64,000 bases of DNA from Candidatus Dormiibacterota bacterium. GTDB lineage: Bacteria; Chloroflexota; Dormibacteria; Aeolococcales; Aeolococcaceae. A program made the position numbers and the translations under genes. The notes under the pieces were generated by a model. It did no database searches, was not told the origin of the DNA, and saw nothing but the letters and a program-made list of their open reading frames with translations. Position 1 is the first letter of the stretch. The number at the start of each line of letters is the position of its first letter. Shown piece after piece: positions 1 to 9,518 of this stretch. The DNA lies in NCBI GenBank assembly GCA_963709585.1, contig CAVPXI010000006.1, forward strand, positions 160,001 through 224,000, read 5' to 3'.

Positions 1-1
1 G

Positions 2-358
2 ATGCTGGACATCCTCGTCGTGCTCGCCCCGCTGGCGGCGTTGTGCTCGGCGCTGCCGGACACACGCCGCTATGCCGCCACGTGGCTCCGTCTGTTCATG
101 GTTGCCGTATTCATGCAGTCCATCCAATTGATCATTCTGCGGGTCGCGATGTCGGTCGGCTTCGGTACCGGGAGCGGTATCGCCGAGAGTCTGTTCGCGC
201 TGGCGATACTCTGGATCGTTCTCAAGGTACCGGGAACGCTGCATGCGGCAACCCACGTCGAAACCAAGGCGCACACAGCGATGCGGCATGTGCAACGGTC
301 GATGCACAGGGCGCTGGCGCCGGCACATCACGTCGTGCGCCACCGGACCGCGCTGTGA
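2..358 (+). CDS. TrbL/VirB6-like conjugation membrane protein, C-terminal part (5' truncated by window)
   Basis: 'VLAPLAALCSALPDTRRYAATWLRLFMVAVFMQSIQ' resembles the VirB6/TrbL-family TM core; GTGA overlap with a downstream M23 peptidase. Confidence 0.55.
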   Translation: MLDILVVLAPLAALCSALPDTRRYAATWLRLFMVAVFMQSIQLIILRVAMSVGFGTGSGIAESLFALAILWIVLKVPGTLHAATHVETKAHTAMRHVQRSMHRALAPAHHVVRHRTAL

Positions 359-862
359 TTCGCGCTTTCGCGGCACTCACCGCGGTGATCGCCGTCGGCC
401 TCGGCGGCGGCACTGCTCTCGCGAGCGGTGCGAGCAGTGAGGCGGCAGGCGTTGCGTTCGTCAAACCGCTGACCCACGCATGGATCTCGCAGGGGTTCGG
501 ATGCACGAGCTTCGCGTTCGAACCCGTCGACCGCGCGTGTGCCGGTGGGCACTGGCACTCGGGGATCGATCTGGCAGCGGCCCGCGGCACTCCGGTGATG
601 GCAACGCTCCCCGGCATCGTCACGGTCATCGTGTCGCCAACGGCATACGGGCTCCACGTGGTCATCGATCACGGCGGCGGATCTGAGCAGCCTCTACGGT
701 CACCTGGACACGGTGGTGGTCGCCAGTGGCGACGTCGTCGCCGCCGGCCAGGTGATCGGAACCGTCGGATCGACCGGCAACGCGACCGGACCGCATCTGC
801 ACTTCGAGATCCGGCGCGATGGGATCGCCGAGGATCCGCGCCTGGACCTCGCGCTCCCGTGA
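355..862 (+). CDS. M23 family peptidase (peptidoglycan endopeptidase), single-base frameshift near 681
   Basis: Signal peptide and HSGIDL (HxxxD) in first frame; after removing one base reads LSSLYGHL...GSTGNATGPHLHFEIR to TGA 860-862. Confidence 0.85.
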
Positions 863-867
863 GGCTC

Positions 868-1494
868 CTATCCGGTGGGCACGCTCGTCGCGCTGCGGGT
901 CTCGGCGGCGCTGCGGCGCGCCTGCTTCCACACGACCCAGATCCGCTGCACGGCGGTGACGTTGGTGAGGATGGCGAGGATCCAGAGCGCCCAGATGAGC
1001 AGTGGCGAGATGACCAGCCCGATGACGGTGATCACGACCCGCTCAGGGCGGGCCAGGAGTCCGCCGTCACCGTTGAATCCCAGGGACTGGGCGCGTGCGC
1101 GCACGTAGGACACGAGCAACGATCCCGTCAGCGCGAAGACAACGAGCATCGGCTCGAGCGTGTGATGACCGTGAAAGACGAAGTAATAGAGAAGCGCGAT
1201 GGATGTCATCGCCTCCGCGTAGCGGTCCACGGTCGAGTCGAGAAACGCTCCATAGCTCTGCTCGCGGCCGCTGACGCGAGCGAGCGCACCATCGAGGATG
1301 TCGAATCCGCTGGCGATCAGCAGGAGCACGCCGCCCGGCAGGAGAAACCCCAGAGCGATCAGGACCGCGGAGCCGGCGCAGATGCACAGCCCGAGCATCG
1401 TCAGGATGTTCGGAGTCAGGTGCAGCGCATGAAGGGCAGGAACGACGCGACGCGCGCCGTTCCTAACCCAGTCCTGGAGCCTGGACGTGAACAC
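868..1494 (-). CDS. pgsA: CDP-alcohol phosphatidyltransferase (phosphatidylinositol phosphate synthase-like)
   Basis: TPNILT and DILDGALAR...GAFLDSTVDR CDP-alcohol motif, SYVRARA; operon with ino1 and pimA. Confidence 0.85.
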   Translation of the reverse strand: MFTSRLQDWVRNGARRVVPALHALHLTPNILTMLGLCICAGSAVLIALGFLLPGGVLLLIASGFDILDGALARVSGREQSYGAFLDSTVDRYAEAMTSIALLYYFVFHGHHTLEPMLVVFALTGSLLVSYVRARAQSLGFNGDGGLLARPERVVITVIGLVISPLLIWALWILAILTNVTAVQRIWVVWKQARRSAAETRSATSVPTG

Positions 1495-2632
1495 CGGATG
1501 CCACCGTGCTCGCGCCGGCGCGTTCACGCGCCACGCGATACACGTCGAGGACCTCGTCGACCACGTGCTCCCAGTCATACAGTTGCGCTTTGGCGAGCCC
1601 ACGCTCGCTCATCGCCACACGTCGTGCCGGGTCATCGATCAGCGCGCCGAGCGCCGCCGCCCACTCCTTGGCATGGCGCGGCGGGACGAGCACCCCGTCC
1701 ACGTCATGCAGGATGACGCTGCTGAAGCCGGGGATCGACGATGCGATCACCGGAACGCCGCTGGCCATTGCTTCGAGCAGCACGATGCCGAAGCTCTCGC
1801 CGCCGGTTGCCGGAGCGCAGAAGATGTCCGCAGACGCGTAGTACCTCGGGAGCAGTTCAGCGGACACCCTGCCCGCGAACTCGACGTCGGGGATGCCCAT
1901 CGCGGCGACCTGACTCTCATACCCCCAGCGCATCGGACCGTCGCCGACCACGACCAGCCGCGCGTCATCGCGAACGCGGCGCAGCTGGCCGTAGGCCTCG
2001 AGCAGCGTCGGCAGCCCCTTGCGCGACTCGAGACGCCCCACGAAGAGGATCGTCGTCTTACCGGGCGCGCGCAGCTCATCGAGCTGGGGATGCCTGGGAT
2101 TGAACCGGGCGCAGTCGATGCCGTTGGGAACGACCCGATACTCACCCTCGAAGTACCGCGCGATGAAATCGCGCGCGGGCGCGCTCACGGCAACGTGGAC
2201 GTGGAGGCGGTTGAAATAGCGCTTGAGAAACGGCCGGCCGTAGTAGTAGCCGAGGTTGCGTCGCGCCATCGCGTGGAATGTGCCGACGTTCGCGCCGCTG
2301 TGGAAGCGCAGCACGGTTATCGGCAACGAGGGCACGAGCGGCTCGTGATAGTGCACGACGTCGAAGTGATTCTCGTCGAGCAAGGCCCGCACGCGCCGCA
2401 CCAGGTGGAACGACAGCGCGATACGGGCCACCGACCCATTGGTTCGCACTGGCACGCTCCGTCCGATCCGTACGTACCCGGGGATGCCGTGGTCGTCTCC
2501 GACGCGGCTCGACGGCGCGAGCACGGTCACGTCGTGGCCGCGCGCCCGCAGCTTTGCCGAGAGGTGCCGGACGTGCTCGGTCACTCCCCCCGGGTGCATG
2601 AAGTCGTACGGGGAGACGAGACAGATCTTCAT
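1463..2632 (-). CDS. pimA: GT4 glycosyltransferase, phosphatidyl-myo-inositol alpha-mannosyltransferase-like
   Basis: MKICLVSPY..PGGV N-terminus, GRLESRKG, GGESFGIVLLEAMA; ATGA overlap with the acyltransferase. Confidence 0.85.
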   Translation of the reverse strand: MKICLVSPYDFMHPGGVTEHVRHLSAKLRARGHDVTVLAPSSRVGDDHGIPGYVRIGRSVPVRTNGSVARIALSFHLVRRVRALLDENHFDVVHYHEPLVPSLPITVLRFHSGANVGTFHAMARRNLGYYYGRPFLKRYFNRLHVHVAVSAPARDFIARYFEGEYRVVPNGIDCARFNPRHPQLDELRAPGKTTILFVGRLESRKGLPTLLEAYGQLRRVRDDARLVVVGDGPMRWGYESQVAAMGIPDVEFAGRVSAELLPRYYASADIFCAPATGGESFGIVLLEAMASGVPVIASSIPGFSSVILHDVDGVLVPPRHAKEWAAALGALIDDPARRVAMSERGLAKAQLYDWEHVVDEVLDVYRVARERAGASTVASGVHVQAPGLG

Positions 2633-3588
2633 TGCGTCGCGGGAGCCGTCCAGATGCGGTCGAGGACGTGCCATTGCTCGGGATGCTCGCGGATCGCCTC
2701 CTCGAAGATTCGCAGCAGCATCTGCGCAGTCTTGCGCACCTCGGCATCCCTTGGAGCATCCGGGGAATAGCGGATCTCGGGATGCACCATGGCAGTGACC
2801 CGATAACGGTTGCGGAATAGCACGATCGGGACGATCGCGGCGCCGGCTCGAATGGCGATCTCGACCGTCCCAATGGGGATCGGCGCCGGCTGGCCGAAGA
2901 ACTCGAGCGGCTCGCCGTTGCCGATGAGGTCGCGGTCGAGAGCCATCGCCACGACACCGCCGGAGCGGAGCACCTTGAAGACCTCGCGCATCGACGCGGC
3001 GCCGAGCCGGCGGGCGACCTGGGGATCGCCTTCGCGCATTGCCTGGGTGTCGATCGGGATGATCTGGACCCCCTGGGCCCTCCGTGCTCCGACGACCCGG
3101 TCGAAGAGCTGTTTGGGACGGAGCACCTCGGCGAGCAGCGCCATCTTGCCGCCCATCTTGTTCCAGCCCGCGAGACCGACCTCCCACGACCCGAAGTGCA
3201 TCGACGCGACCACGACGCCATTGCCGCGCGCGATGGCATTCTCGAAGTGGTACAGGTCTTTCATGTCGATCCGCGACGGCAGGTCGGTTCGTCGCGACGA
3301 CATCTCCATCACGTCCACCCAGCAGTGGGTGAGATTGCGGACGTTGCGGCGAATCAGGTGCTTGAGGTGCCGGTCGCCGATGGCGGGAACGATATGGCGG
3401 AGGTTGTCGCGCAGGCCGTCGAAGCGGCTCGGCACTGTGGCCAGCAGCGCGTCGGCGGCGCGGTCCCCAAGCCAGTACGACACCGATTGCGGGAGCGCAC
3501 CGACCAGGGCCTCGGCACCGCGGTAGGCGTAGTACGGCAGCATCGGGTCGCGCGCAACCCGCTGGCGGGCGCGCGGCTCCACCGTCAT
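2629..3588 (-). CDS. Lipid acyltransferase (PIM acyltransferase PatA / LpxL-like family)
   Basis: HFGSWE (HxxxD/E), ALDRD, HPEQWHV motifs; start uncertain (3543-3606). Confidence 0.8.
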   Translation of the reverse strand: MTVEPRARQRVARDPMLPYYAYRGAEALVGALPQSVSYWLGDRAADALLATVPSRFDGLRDNLRHIVPAIGDRHLKHLIRRNVRNLTHCWVDVMEMSSRRTDLPSRIDMKDLYHFENAIARGNGVVVASMHFGSWEVGLAGWNKMGGKMALLAEVLRPKQLFDRVVGARRAQGVQIIPIDTQAMREGDPQVARRLGAASMREVFKVLRSGGVVAMALDRDLIGNGEPLEFFGQPAPIPIGTVEIAIRAGAAIVPIVLFRNRYRVTAMVHPEIRYSPDAPRDAEVRKTAQMLLRIFEEAIREHPEQWHVLDRIWTAPATQ

Positions 3589-3633
3589 GTCGCCGGCCTG
3601 CGTCAACGCCGTTGGCTCCCGATCGCCCGGCGG

Positions 3634-4794
3634 TTAATTCGTCGCGGGTGTGGCGGGTTCCGCCTCCGCAGCTTCGGGCAGCACGGCGGCAACGCGGCCG
3701 TTGCGCCGCCCTCCCCCCGTCTCGACGCCGGCGATGAACTCCTCGGTCGCCCGGTGGGCGTCGTCGTCGGAGACCTGGCGTGGCGGCGACTTCATGAAGT
3801 ACGACGCCGGACCCTCGAGCGTGCCGCTGAGGCCGCGATCGAGCCCGAGCTTGCAGCAGCGCACCGCGTCAATGACGATGCCCGCACTGTTTGGCGAATC
3901 GTGCACCTCGAGCTTCAACTCGACACTGAGCGGCACGTCGCCGAAGGACTTGCCTTCGAGGCGGATGAACGCCCACTTGCGGTCGTTGAGCCAGGGCACG
4001 TAGTCCGACGGTCCGATGTGGATGTGATCCTTCTCCATCGGCGTCGCCAGCTGCGACTGCACGCTGTTGGTCTTGCTGATCTTCTTGCTCATCAAACGCT
4101 CGCGCTCGAGCATGTTGAGGAAGTCGGTGTTGCCGCCGAAGTTGAGCTGGTAGGTGTTCTCGAGCTCGACGCCGCGCTCACGAAACAGGTGGGTGAGCAC
4201 GCGATGGACGATCGTGGCGCCGACCTGCGACTTGATGTCGTCGCCGATGATGGGTACGCCTGCCTTGCGGAAACGCGCCTGCCAGTAGTCCTCGCGGGCG
4301 ATGAACACGGGCATGCAGTTCACCATCGCGCACGGCGCCTCGAGGATCTGCTCGGTGTACCAACGGGTTGCAGCCTCGCTGCCGACCGGCAGGTAGTTGA
4401 CCACCACGTCGGTGCCGGTGTCCTTGAGCACCTGGGCGATGTCGACCGTGGATCCGGGAGCCTTGGTGATCACTTCGGACAGGTACTTGCCGAGCCCGTC
4501 GTGGGTCATGCCGCGCAGAACCGGAATGTTCAGCTTCGGGACGTCGCTGAATTTCACGGTGTTGTTGAGCCCACTGAAGATCGCTTCGGAGACGTCCTTT
4601 CCGACCTTTTCCCTGTCGATGTCGAAGGCCGCCGAGATCTCGATGTCCGAGATGTGGTAGCCGCCGAGGTCCACATGCATGAGACCCGGGACGGTGTCGT
4701 CCGGATCCGCGTGCTTGTAAAACTCGAGCCCCTGGACGAACGACGAGGCGCAGTTGCCCACGCCGATGATCGCGACTTTGACTTTCTTGCTCAC
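3634..4794 (-). CDS. ino1: myo-inositol-1-phosphate synthase
   Basis: [36 protein letters not shown] motifs. Confidence 0.97.
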   Translation of the reverse strand: MSKKVKVAIIGVGNCASSFVQGLEFYKHADPDDTVPGLMHVDLGGYHISDIEISAAFDIDREKVGKDVSEAIFSGLNNTVKFSDVPKLNIPVLRGMTHDGLGKYLSEVITKAPGSTVDIAQVLKDTGTDVVVNYLPVGSEAATRWYTEQILEAPCAMVNCMPVFIAREDYWQARFRKAGVPIIGDDIKSQVGATIVHRVLTHLFRERGVELENTYQLNFGGNTDFLNMLERERLMSKKISKTNSVQSQLATPMEKDHIHIGPSDYVPWLNDRKWAFIRLEGKSFGDVPLSVELKLEVHDSPNSAGIVIDAVRCCKLGLDRGLSGTLEGPASYFMKSPPRQVSDDDAHRATEEFIAGVETGGGRRNGRVAAVLPEAAEAEPATPATN

Positions 4795-5177
4795 GACACG
4801 CCCTCGTGTACCGGTGTTGTTGATGTGATCTCGGCGGGCACCCCTGCGGAGGAGATCAGCCGAGCGAAGCTCTTGAAATGAGAGGCGATGGCATCGCGGT
4901 CGAGGCGGCAGAACACCTCTCGACCTTCGCGCCGGGTCCGGATCACCTCGGCCTTGCGGAGGATGCGCAGATGCCAGCTCATGCGCGGCTGGCTCACCTG
5001 GCAGAAATCGGCGAGCTCGGAGACACGCATCTCGGCGGTGGTCGCGAGCCGCTCGACGATGAGCAGCCTCGTGGGGTTGGCCAGCCCCTCGAAATGGACC
5101 GAGAGGTCACTCGCTCCCTTGGCGATGCTCCCCGGAAGTGCGCGGCGTGGCGGCCGCGCCGGTGTGTCAGAACTCAT
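4791..5177 (-). CDS. ArsR/SmtB family transcriptional regulator
   Basis: [10 protein letters not shown]...[13 protein letters not shown]...RREGREVFC; GTGA overlap with ino1. Confidence 0.9.
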   Translation of the reverse strand: MSSDTPARPPRRALPGSIAKGASDLSVHFEGLANPTRLLIVERLATTAEMRVSELADFCQVSQPRMSWHLRILRKAEVIRTRREGREVFCRLDRDAIASHFKSFARLISSAGVPAEITSTTPVHEGVS

Positions 5178-5187
5178 AAAGGAACCT

Positions 5188-5209
5188 TTCATAAAGGATT
5201 GCTTATGAA
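5188..5209. promoter_or_regulatory. Probable ArsR operator, inverted repeat TTCATAA-N8-TTATGAA
   Basis: Perfect AT-rich 7-bp inverted repeat just upstream of the ArsR gene in a GC-rich genome. Confidence 0.65.
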
Positions 5210-5248
5210 TGGTAAACGACCCGGGCCGCCGAGCGCAACCGGGGTGGG

Positions 5249-5476
5249 TTAGGCCCGGGGTTCCTCGTCCCCGTCGGGCACCCGCGTCTCGCCGATCGGA
5301 GCCGCTATCTCCTCGGCAATCGGGTCGTCCGGCGCGACCTGGGCCTCGCGGTCCTCGTAGGACGGGAGGATCGCCGCGAGCAGACGGAGGATGACGACGC
5401 AGACGAGGATCACGACCACGAAAGCGACGACCGCCAGGCCGATGCCGCCGAGCACGGATCCGATGTCGAGGAGCAT
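5249..5476 (-). CDS. Small single-TM hypothetical protein with acidic tail
   Basis: MLLDIGSVLGGIGLAVVAFVVVILV...; fills intergenic gap. Confidence 0.6.
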   Translation of the reverse strand: MLLDIGSVLGGIGLAVVAFVVVILVCVVILRLLAAILPSYEDREAQVAPDDPIAEEIAAPIGETRVPDGDEEPRA

Positions 5477-5485
5477 CCGGGAAGG

Positions 5486-6049
5486 ATGGCAGGCACGACT
5501 ACGATCGATCCGATGACCGAGGTGCCCGGCCCCGCCGAACTTCCCGCGTCGCTGACCATTCGGCGCGGCAGGATCGTGTTCCGTGCCCGGAGGCCGGTCG
5601 CGCTCGTCCTGCCGCTGCTGGCGGTGACCGAGATCGCCGGCGTGATCTGCCTGCTCATCGGCGCCACGATCGGCTGGTTCATCATGGCCGCCCCGCTGAT
5701 CGGACTGGCGACCACCGCAGTCGTCCTCCGTCCGGCCTTGGAGCTGACCCGCGACGGCCTCGTCCAGCGCCAGTACCCCTACAGCAGCCTCACGCGCTGG
5801 GACGTCATCGCGGAGGTCGGCATCGCCAGGGCGGGAAACCGCGTGATCCTCGCGTACAAGCTCGTCCCCGACATCCCTCCACCCCGCCATCAGCCCGCGG
5901 CGGATCTGCTTCGGGCGGTCAACGCGCCCTACGACGGTGGATGGTTCGCGGATTCGCTCGCCGGTGGTCCCGACGAGGCGCTCGCCGTGGTCACCCGCTA
6001 CCTCAAGGACCCGGGCCTTCGGGCGATGCTCCCGGTCACGCGTCGCTGA
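5486..6049 (+). CDS. Hypothetical membrane protein (2 TM plus bacterial PH-like domain)
   Basis: Two hydrophobic helices then LELTRDGLV...WDVIAEV. Confidence 0.65.
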   Translation: MAGTTTIDPMTEVPGPAELPASLTIRRGRIVFRARRPVALVLPLLAVTEIAGVICLLIGATIGWFIMAAPLIGLATTAVVLRPALELTRDGLVQRQYPYSSLTRWDVIAEVGIARAGNRVILAYKLVPDIPPPRHQPAADLLRAVNAPYDGGWFADSLAGGPDEALAVVTRYLKDPGLRAMLPVTRR

Positions 6050-6980
6050 CCGGTCGGCGCGCCCGAGTCCTCGATCGTCGCGGCGAACGGTCCCGACGAG
6101 GTTGGTGGCATACGGCGGCGAGGCCGACGGCTCGGTCCATGTCCACGCTGGGGTCGTCGGGCAGCGCCCAGACGATATCCGAGGCCAGCCACTCCCTCGT
6201 GGCCGCAACCGGAGCCGGGGCTGGGGCTGCAGGCGCAGCCGATGGTTCGGGCTCGACAGCGCGCTTGATCCGCTCGACGGCGCCCGGGGCGACTCTTCGA
6301 ACCAGCGCGGCTGGGACTCGAATCAGTTGCGACCGGGAGGGCCGAGCCGGGAGTGGTTCGGCCGGCATCACCGCCGGCGGCTCCGTGGCCATCGCCCCCT
6401 CAGGGAAGACACGGACCATGAGGCTGACCTGGTCGAAGACGGTGCGGAGCAGCGCGATCAGTGCCGGCGGCGTGAACTCCATGAGGTGGGATCGGGCGAG
6501 GAGATGTCCGTCCGGGACGTGGTCGATCGACCACAGCCGGTTCGGGGTGCCGACAAACGCGACGCCGCCGTCATTGAGCAACTCCGCCATCCCTCGGACG
6601 AAGGCGAATGGATCGACAACGTGTTCGAGGACCTCGGAGCTCGCAACCAGGTCATATGACCTGGGCGCGCAGACGTCCGGCAACGGCTTCATCAGGTCCG
6701 CGACGAAGAATCGAACGCCGGGTGCGCCGAAGTTTTCGGTGGCATACTCGATGGCCGCGGGGGAGTTGTCGATGCCGTCGACGGTCGCGCCGGCCCGAGC
6801 CAGCAGCGCGGCGCCGTAGCCCGTCCCGCAGCCGAAGTCAAGCGCGCGCATCCCGTCGGTGACAAGGTTCTCGGCGATCCACTCGTAGACGCCCTCGTGG
6901 CCTGCCGATGTGATGTCTCTCGTCGCCGACGGAACGTATCTGTCCTGCCCGTCGGCGGTCGCGAGATCAACTTCGGTCAT
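6036..6980 (-). CDS. Class I SAM-dependent methyltransferase
   Basis: LDFGCGTGYG, SSEVLEHV, GTPN. Confidence 0.9.
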   Translation of the reverse strand: MTEVDLATADGQDRYVPSATRDITSAGHEGVYEWIAENLVTDGMRALDFGCGTGYGAALLARAGATVDGIDNSPAAIEYATENFGAPGVRFFVADLMKPLPDVCAPRSYDLVASSEVLEHVVDPFAFVRGMAELLNDGGVAFVGTPNRLWSIDHVPDGHLLARSHLMEFTPPALIALLRTVFDQVSLMVRVFPEGAMATEPPAVMPAEPLPARPSRSQLIRVPAALVRRVAPGAVERIKRAVEPEPSAAPAAPAPAPVAATREWLASDIVWALPDDPSVDMDRAVGLAAVCHQPRRDRSPRRSRTRARRPVSDA

Positions 6981-7141
6981 GGCGCCGGAAGCTTACCTGC
7001 CGAGGTGCGTCGTCGAAGGTTGTCCTGGCTACTATTGGCAGGCTCGGCTGGCAGACACCGCGGCCATACGCGGCTCTCGGTCGCTGGGGGTATCACCCTC
7101 GACGTCAGGGAGGCCGGCGACAAGGCCAAAACCCCTTACAT

Positions 7142-7218
7142 CCCAGGGTAGCCAAGTGGTCAAGGCAGCGGTCTGTAAAACCGTGTACCGATGGTTCGAA
7201 CTCCATCCCCTGGGACCA
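7142..7218 (+). tRNA. tRNA-Tyr(GTA), archaeal/eukaryal type (C1:G72, A73, short variable loop)
   Basis: Acceptor CCCAGGG/CCCTGGG plus A-CCA; D arm GCC..GGC; anticodon arm GCGGT-CTGTAAA-ACCGT; 5-nt variable loop GTACC; T arm GATGG-TTCGAACT-CCATC (8-nt loop). Confidence 0.9.
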
Positions 7219-7273
7219 CCACATACCCCGAGACGACTCCTGCGCCGTCCGGCCGGTGCGGAGTCCGCGGTTA

Positions 7274-7849
7274 CTAGGGTCCGCCGTCGTATTGGACCTC
7301 TTGCGCACTGTTGCGGACGTAGAGGAAGACGTGTTGCCCAGGAGGGACATCGCCTCCTGCGAACTGCCCCGTCGCGGGATCGCGCAGAAGTATCTGGCTG
7401 CCCCCGATGAGCTTTCGGATGTGCGCGATTCCGCCGATCGTCCATGTGACGATGGCGCCCGCGTGCGCGTGGCTCAATGCGGCGAGCGGGCCCGTGGCAC
7501 TCCCCGCAAACGCATACCACCCGGTGCCACCCGGACCCGTGAAGTTCCAGTAGCAGATGGTGTTCCCGGCGGGGACGTAGCTCTGCTCGTCGCCGCACGA
7601 CGCCGTGAACGCGACGTTGATTTCCAGCGACGCGATGACGATGTGGCCGGCAACGGGAAACGCTGTGGGAATAGGCGTTGGGGTTGGAGCCGGTGTCGGG
7701 GTCGGAGTCGGAGCAGCGGTGGCTGTCGGAGTGGGAGTTGGCGTCGGGGTTGCGGTTGGCGTCGCCGAGGGAGTCGTGCTGCTCGCCCCGCAGCCCGCGA
7801 GGATCATCGCGCCACCGACTGCAAGTCCCTGGATTGCGCGCCCGTTCAT
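7274..7849 (-). CDS. Lipoprotein with Pro/Thr linker and degenerate sortase-like domain
   Basis: Lipobox LAGC, (PT)n linker, GHIVIASLEIN...GPGGTGWYAFAGS...GAIVTW sortase-like pattern. Confidence 0.65.
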   Translation of the reverse strand: MNGRAIQGLAVGGAMILAGCGASSTTPSATPTATPTPTPTPTATAAPTPTPTPAPTPTPIPTAFPVAGHIVIASLEINVAFTASCGDEQSYVPAGNTICYWNFTGPGGTGWYAFAGSATGPLAALSHAHAGAIVTWTIGGIAHIRKLIGGSQILLRDPATGQFAGGDVPPGQHVFLYVRNSAQEVQYDGGP

Positions 7850-7971
7850 CGACAGGACGACATGATCCTGAAAGATCCGGTTACGAAGATGGCGCCGCAG
7901 CCGAGCGCCAACGTGCGACTGATCGCGTTGGTCCCTCGCCGGTGCGACGACCGGTGCGGATGAAACGCATG

Positions 7972-8637
7972 TCAGGGACAATTCCACGGTCCATCGACGC
8001 TGAGCGTGGCACCCGGCACCGTTGCGTTGTTACCCGCGGAGAGCTGGAGGATGGCAGACACCGTGCCCGACCGGCCGTCGCTGCCAGTCACCGTCAGGAC
8101 GCCCGCGACTGACTGCCAAAGCGCGGCGGTGTCGTACTGCTCGACCGGGACTCCGTCGACCAAACGGCGGAATGCGCTCGTACCGTCCTGCTGGACGGCA
8201 AGCTTCGGCACATCGCCTGTCGTACCGAGTGGGTGAGGCCACGGTGGCAAGTCGTACGTACCGGGGTTGACAAAGGCGCCATTGAGTTCGATGTAGAGGA
8301 AGAACGCGTCCGAGCTTTGGCCGGCCAGTCGGACTACCGCCTCGAGGACATGGCCAGACACCGAACACGTGGAACTCGCATCCGGAACCGGGCCGGCGCA
8401 TTCGTTGAACGCGCCGGCCAGCTCAAGCTGATGCAACGAGCAGTTCAGCGGTGTTGGTGTCGGACCTGGCGCGGCGCCGGCCCGATGGCTTTGAATCGGT
8501 GGAACGTCATGGCGACCGATGCCGGTCAGAATCCACGAGACGCCGCCAAAGACCACCACCAAGCCGACGAGCCAGACCAAGGCCGAGCGCCGAGCTGAAC
8601 CGCCGCGCTCACCGCTGTCGCGCGCTGTGCCTGTCAT
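7972..8637 (-). CDS. Hypothetical membrane-anchored exported protein
   Basis: N-terminal TM, PTPT linker, beta-rich domain with cysteines. Confidence 0.65.
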   Translation of the reverse strand: MTGTARDSGERGGSARRSALVWLVGLVVVFGGVSWILTGIGRHDVPPIQSHRAGAAPGPTPTPLNCSLHQLELAGAFNECAGPVPDASSTCSVSGHVLEAVVRLAGQSSDAFFLYIELNGAFVNPGTYDLPPWPHPLGTTGDVPKLAVQQDGTSAFRRLVDGVPVEQYDTAALWQSVAGVLTVTGSDGRSGTVSAILQLSAGNNATVPGATLSVDGPWNCP

Positions 8638-8756
8638 TGCGGAGCGTGAATACCCTCAGTTGACCGGCCGTAAGGTAGCGCTGACCGGCCTGGGACGCGT
8701 ACGCCGAGTGTTCGACGTAGACACTGTTGACTCGGGTCGGTGCCGTTTGGCGGACT

Positions 8757-9518
8757 TTAGGAGATCTTGCGGCGGTAGATGCCTATGGCGAGGGTGTACG
8801 CGACAATGAGGATGCCGACACACCAGGCAAGTGCGATCCAGATGTCATTGCCGACCGGCTGCTGTGTGAACACAGCGCGGATCGCATTGACGATGGACGT
8901 CACCGGCTGGTGCTCGGCGAAGGCGCGCACCGGGCCGGGCATGGTGGCGGTCGGCACGAATGCCGAGCTGATGAATGGCAGGAAGATGAGCGGGTACGCG
9001 AATGCGCTCGCACCGTCCGCGGACTTCGCGGAGAGACCGGGGATTACGGCGATCCACGTCAACGCAAGGGTGAACAGGATCAGGATGCCGGCGACCGCGA
9101 GCCACGCCAGCACTCCCGCCCCCGAGCGGAAGCCCATGAGGAGGGCGACGAGCACGACGACCACAATCGAGATCAGATTGGCGACGAGCGAGGTCAGCAC
9201 ATGCGCCCACAGCACCGACGACCGTGCGATCGGCATGGACTGGAATCGCTCGAAGATGCCGCTCTTCATGTCCAGGAAGAGGCGGAATGCGGTGTACGAG
9301 ATGCCCGATGCGATGGTGATGATGAGAATGCCGGGCAGCAGGTAGTTCACATACGACGCCGACCCTGACTTGATCGCGCCGCCTAACACGTAGACGAACA
9401 GCAGCATGAAACCGATCGGCATGACCGTGGTCGTGATGATGGTGTCCACGCTGCGCGTGATGTGGCGCAGGGATCGTCCCAGCAGGACGGCCGTGTCGCC
9501 GAAGAAATGCTTGGTCAT
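8757..9518 (-). CDS. ABC-2 type permease (DrrB-like)
   Basis: GIFERFQSMPI, ISSAFVP, QPVT motifs; about 6 TM. Confidence 0.93.
   Translation of the reverse strand: MTKHFFGDTAVLLGRSLRHITRSVDTIITTTVMPIGFMLLFVYVLGGAIKSGSASYVNYLLPGILIITIASGISYTAFRLFLDMKSGIFERFQSMPIARSSVLWAHVLTSLVANLISIVVVVLVALLMGFRSGAGVLAWLAVAGILILFTLALTWIAVIPGLSAKSADGASAFAYPLIFLPFISSAFVPTATMPGPVRAFAEHQPVTSIVNAIRAVFTQQPVGNDIWIALAWCVGILIVAYTLAIGIYRRKIS

Noticed and set aside
7142-7218. Reading this tRNA as tRNA-Cys because of its Cys-like D arm
   Set aside because: The anticodon is GTA and the discriminator is A73 with C1:G72; tRNA-Cys needs GCA and U73.
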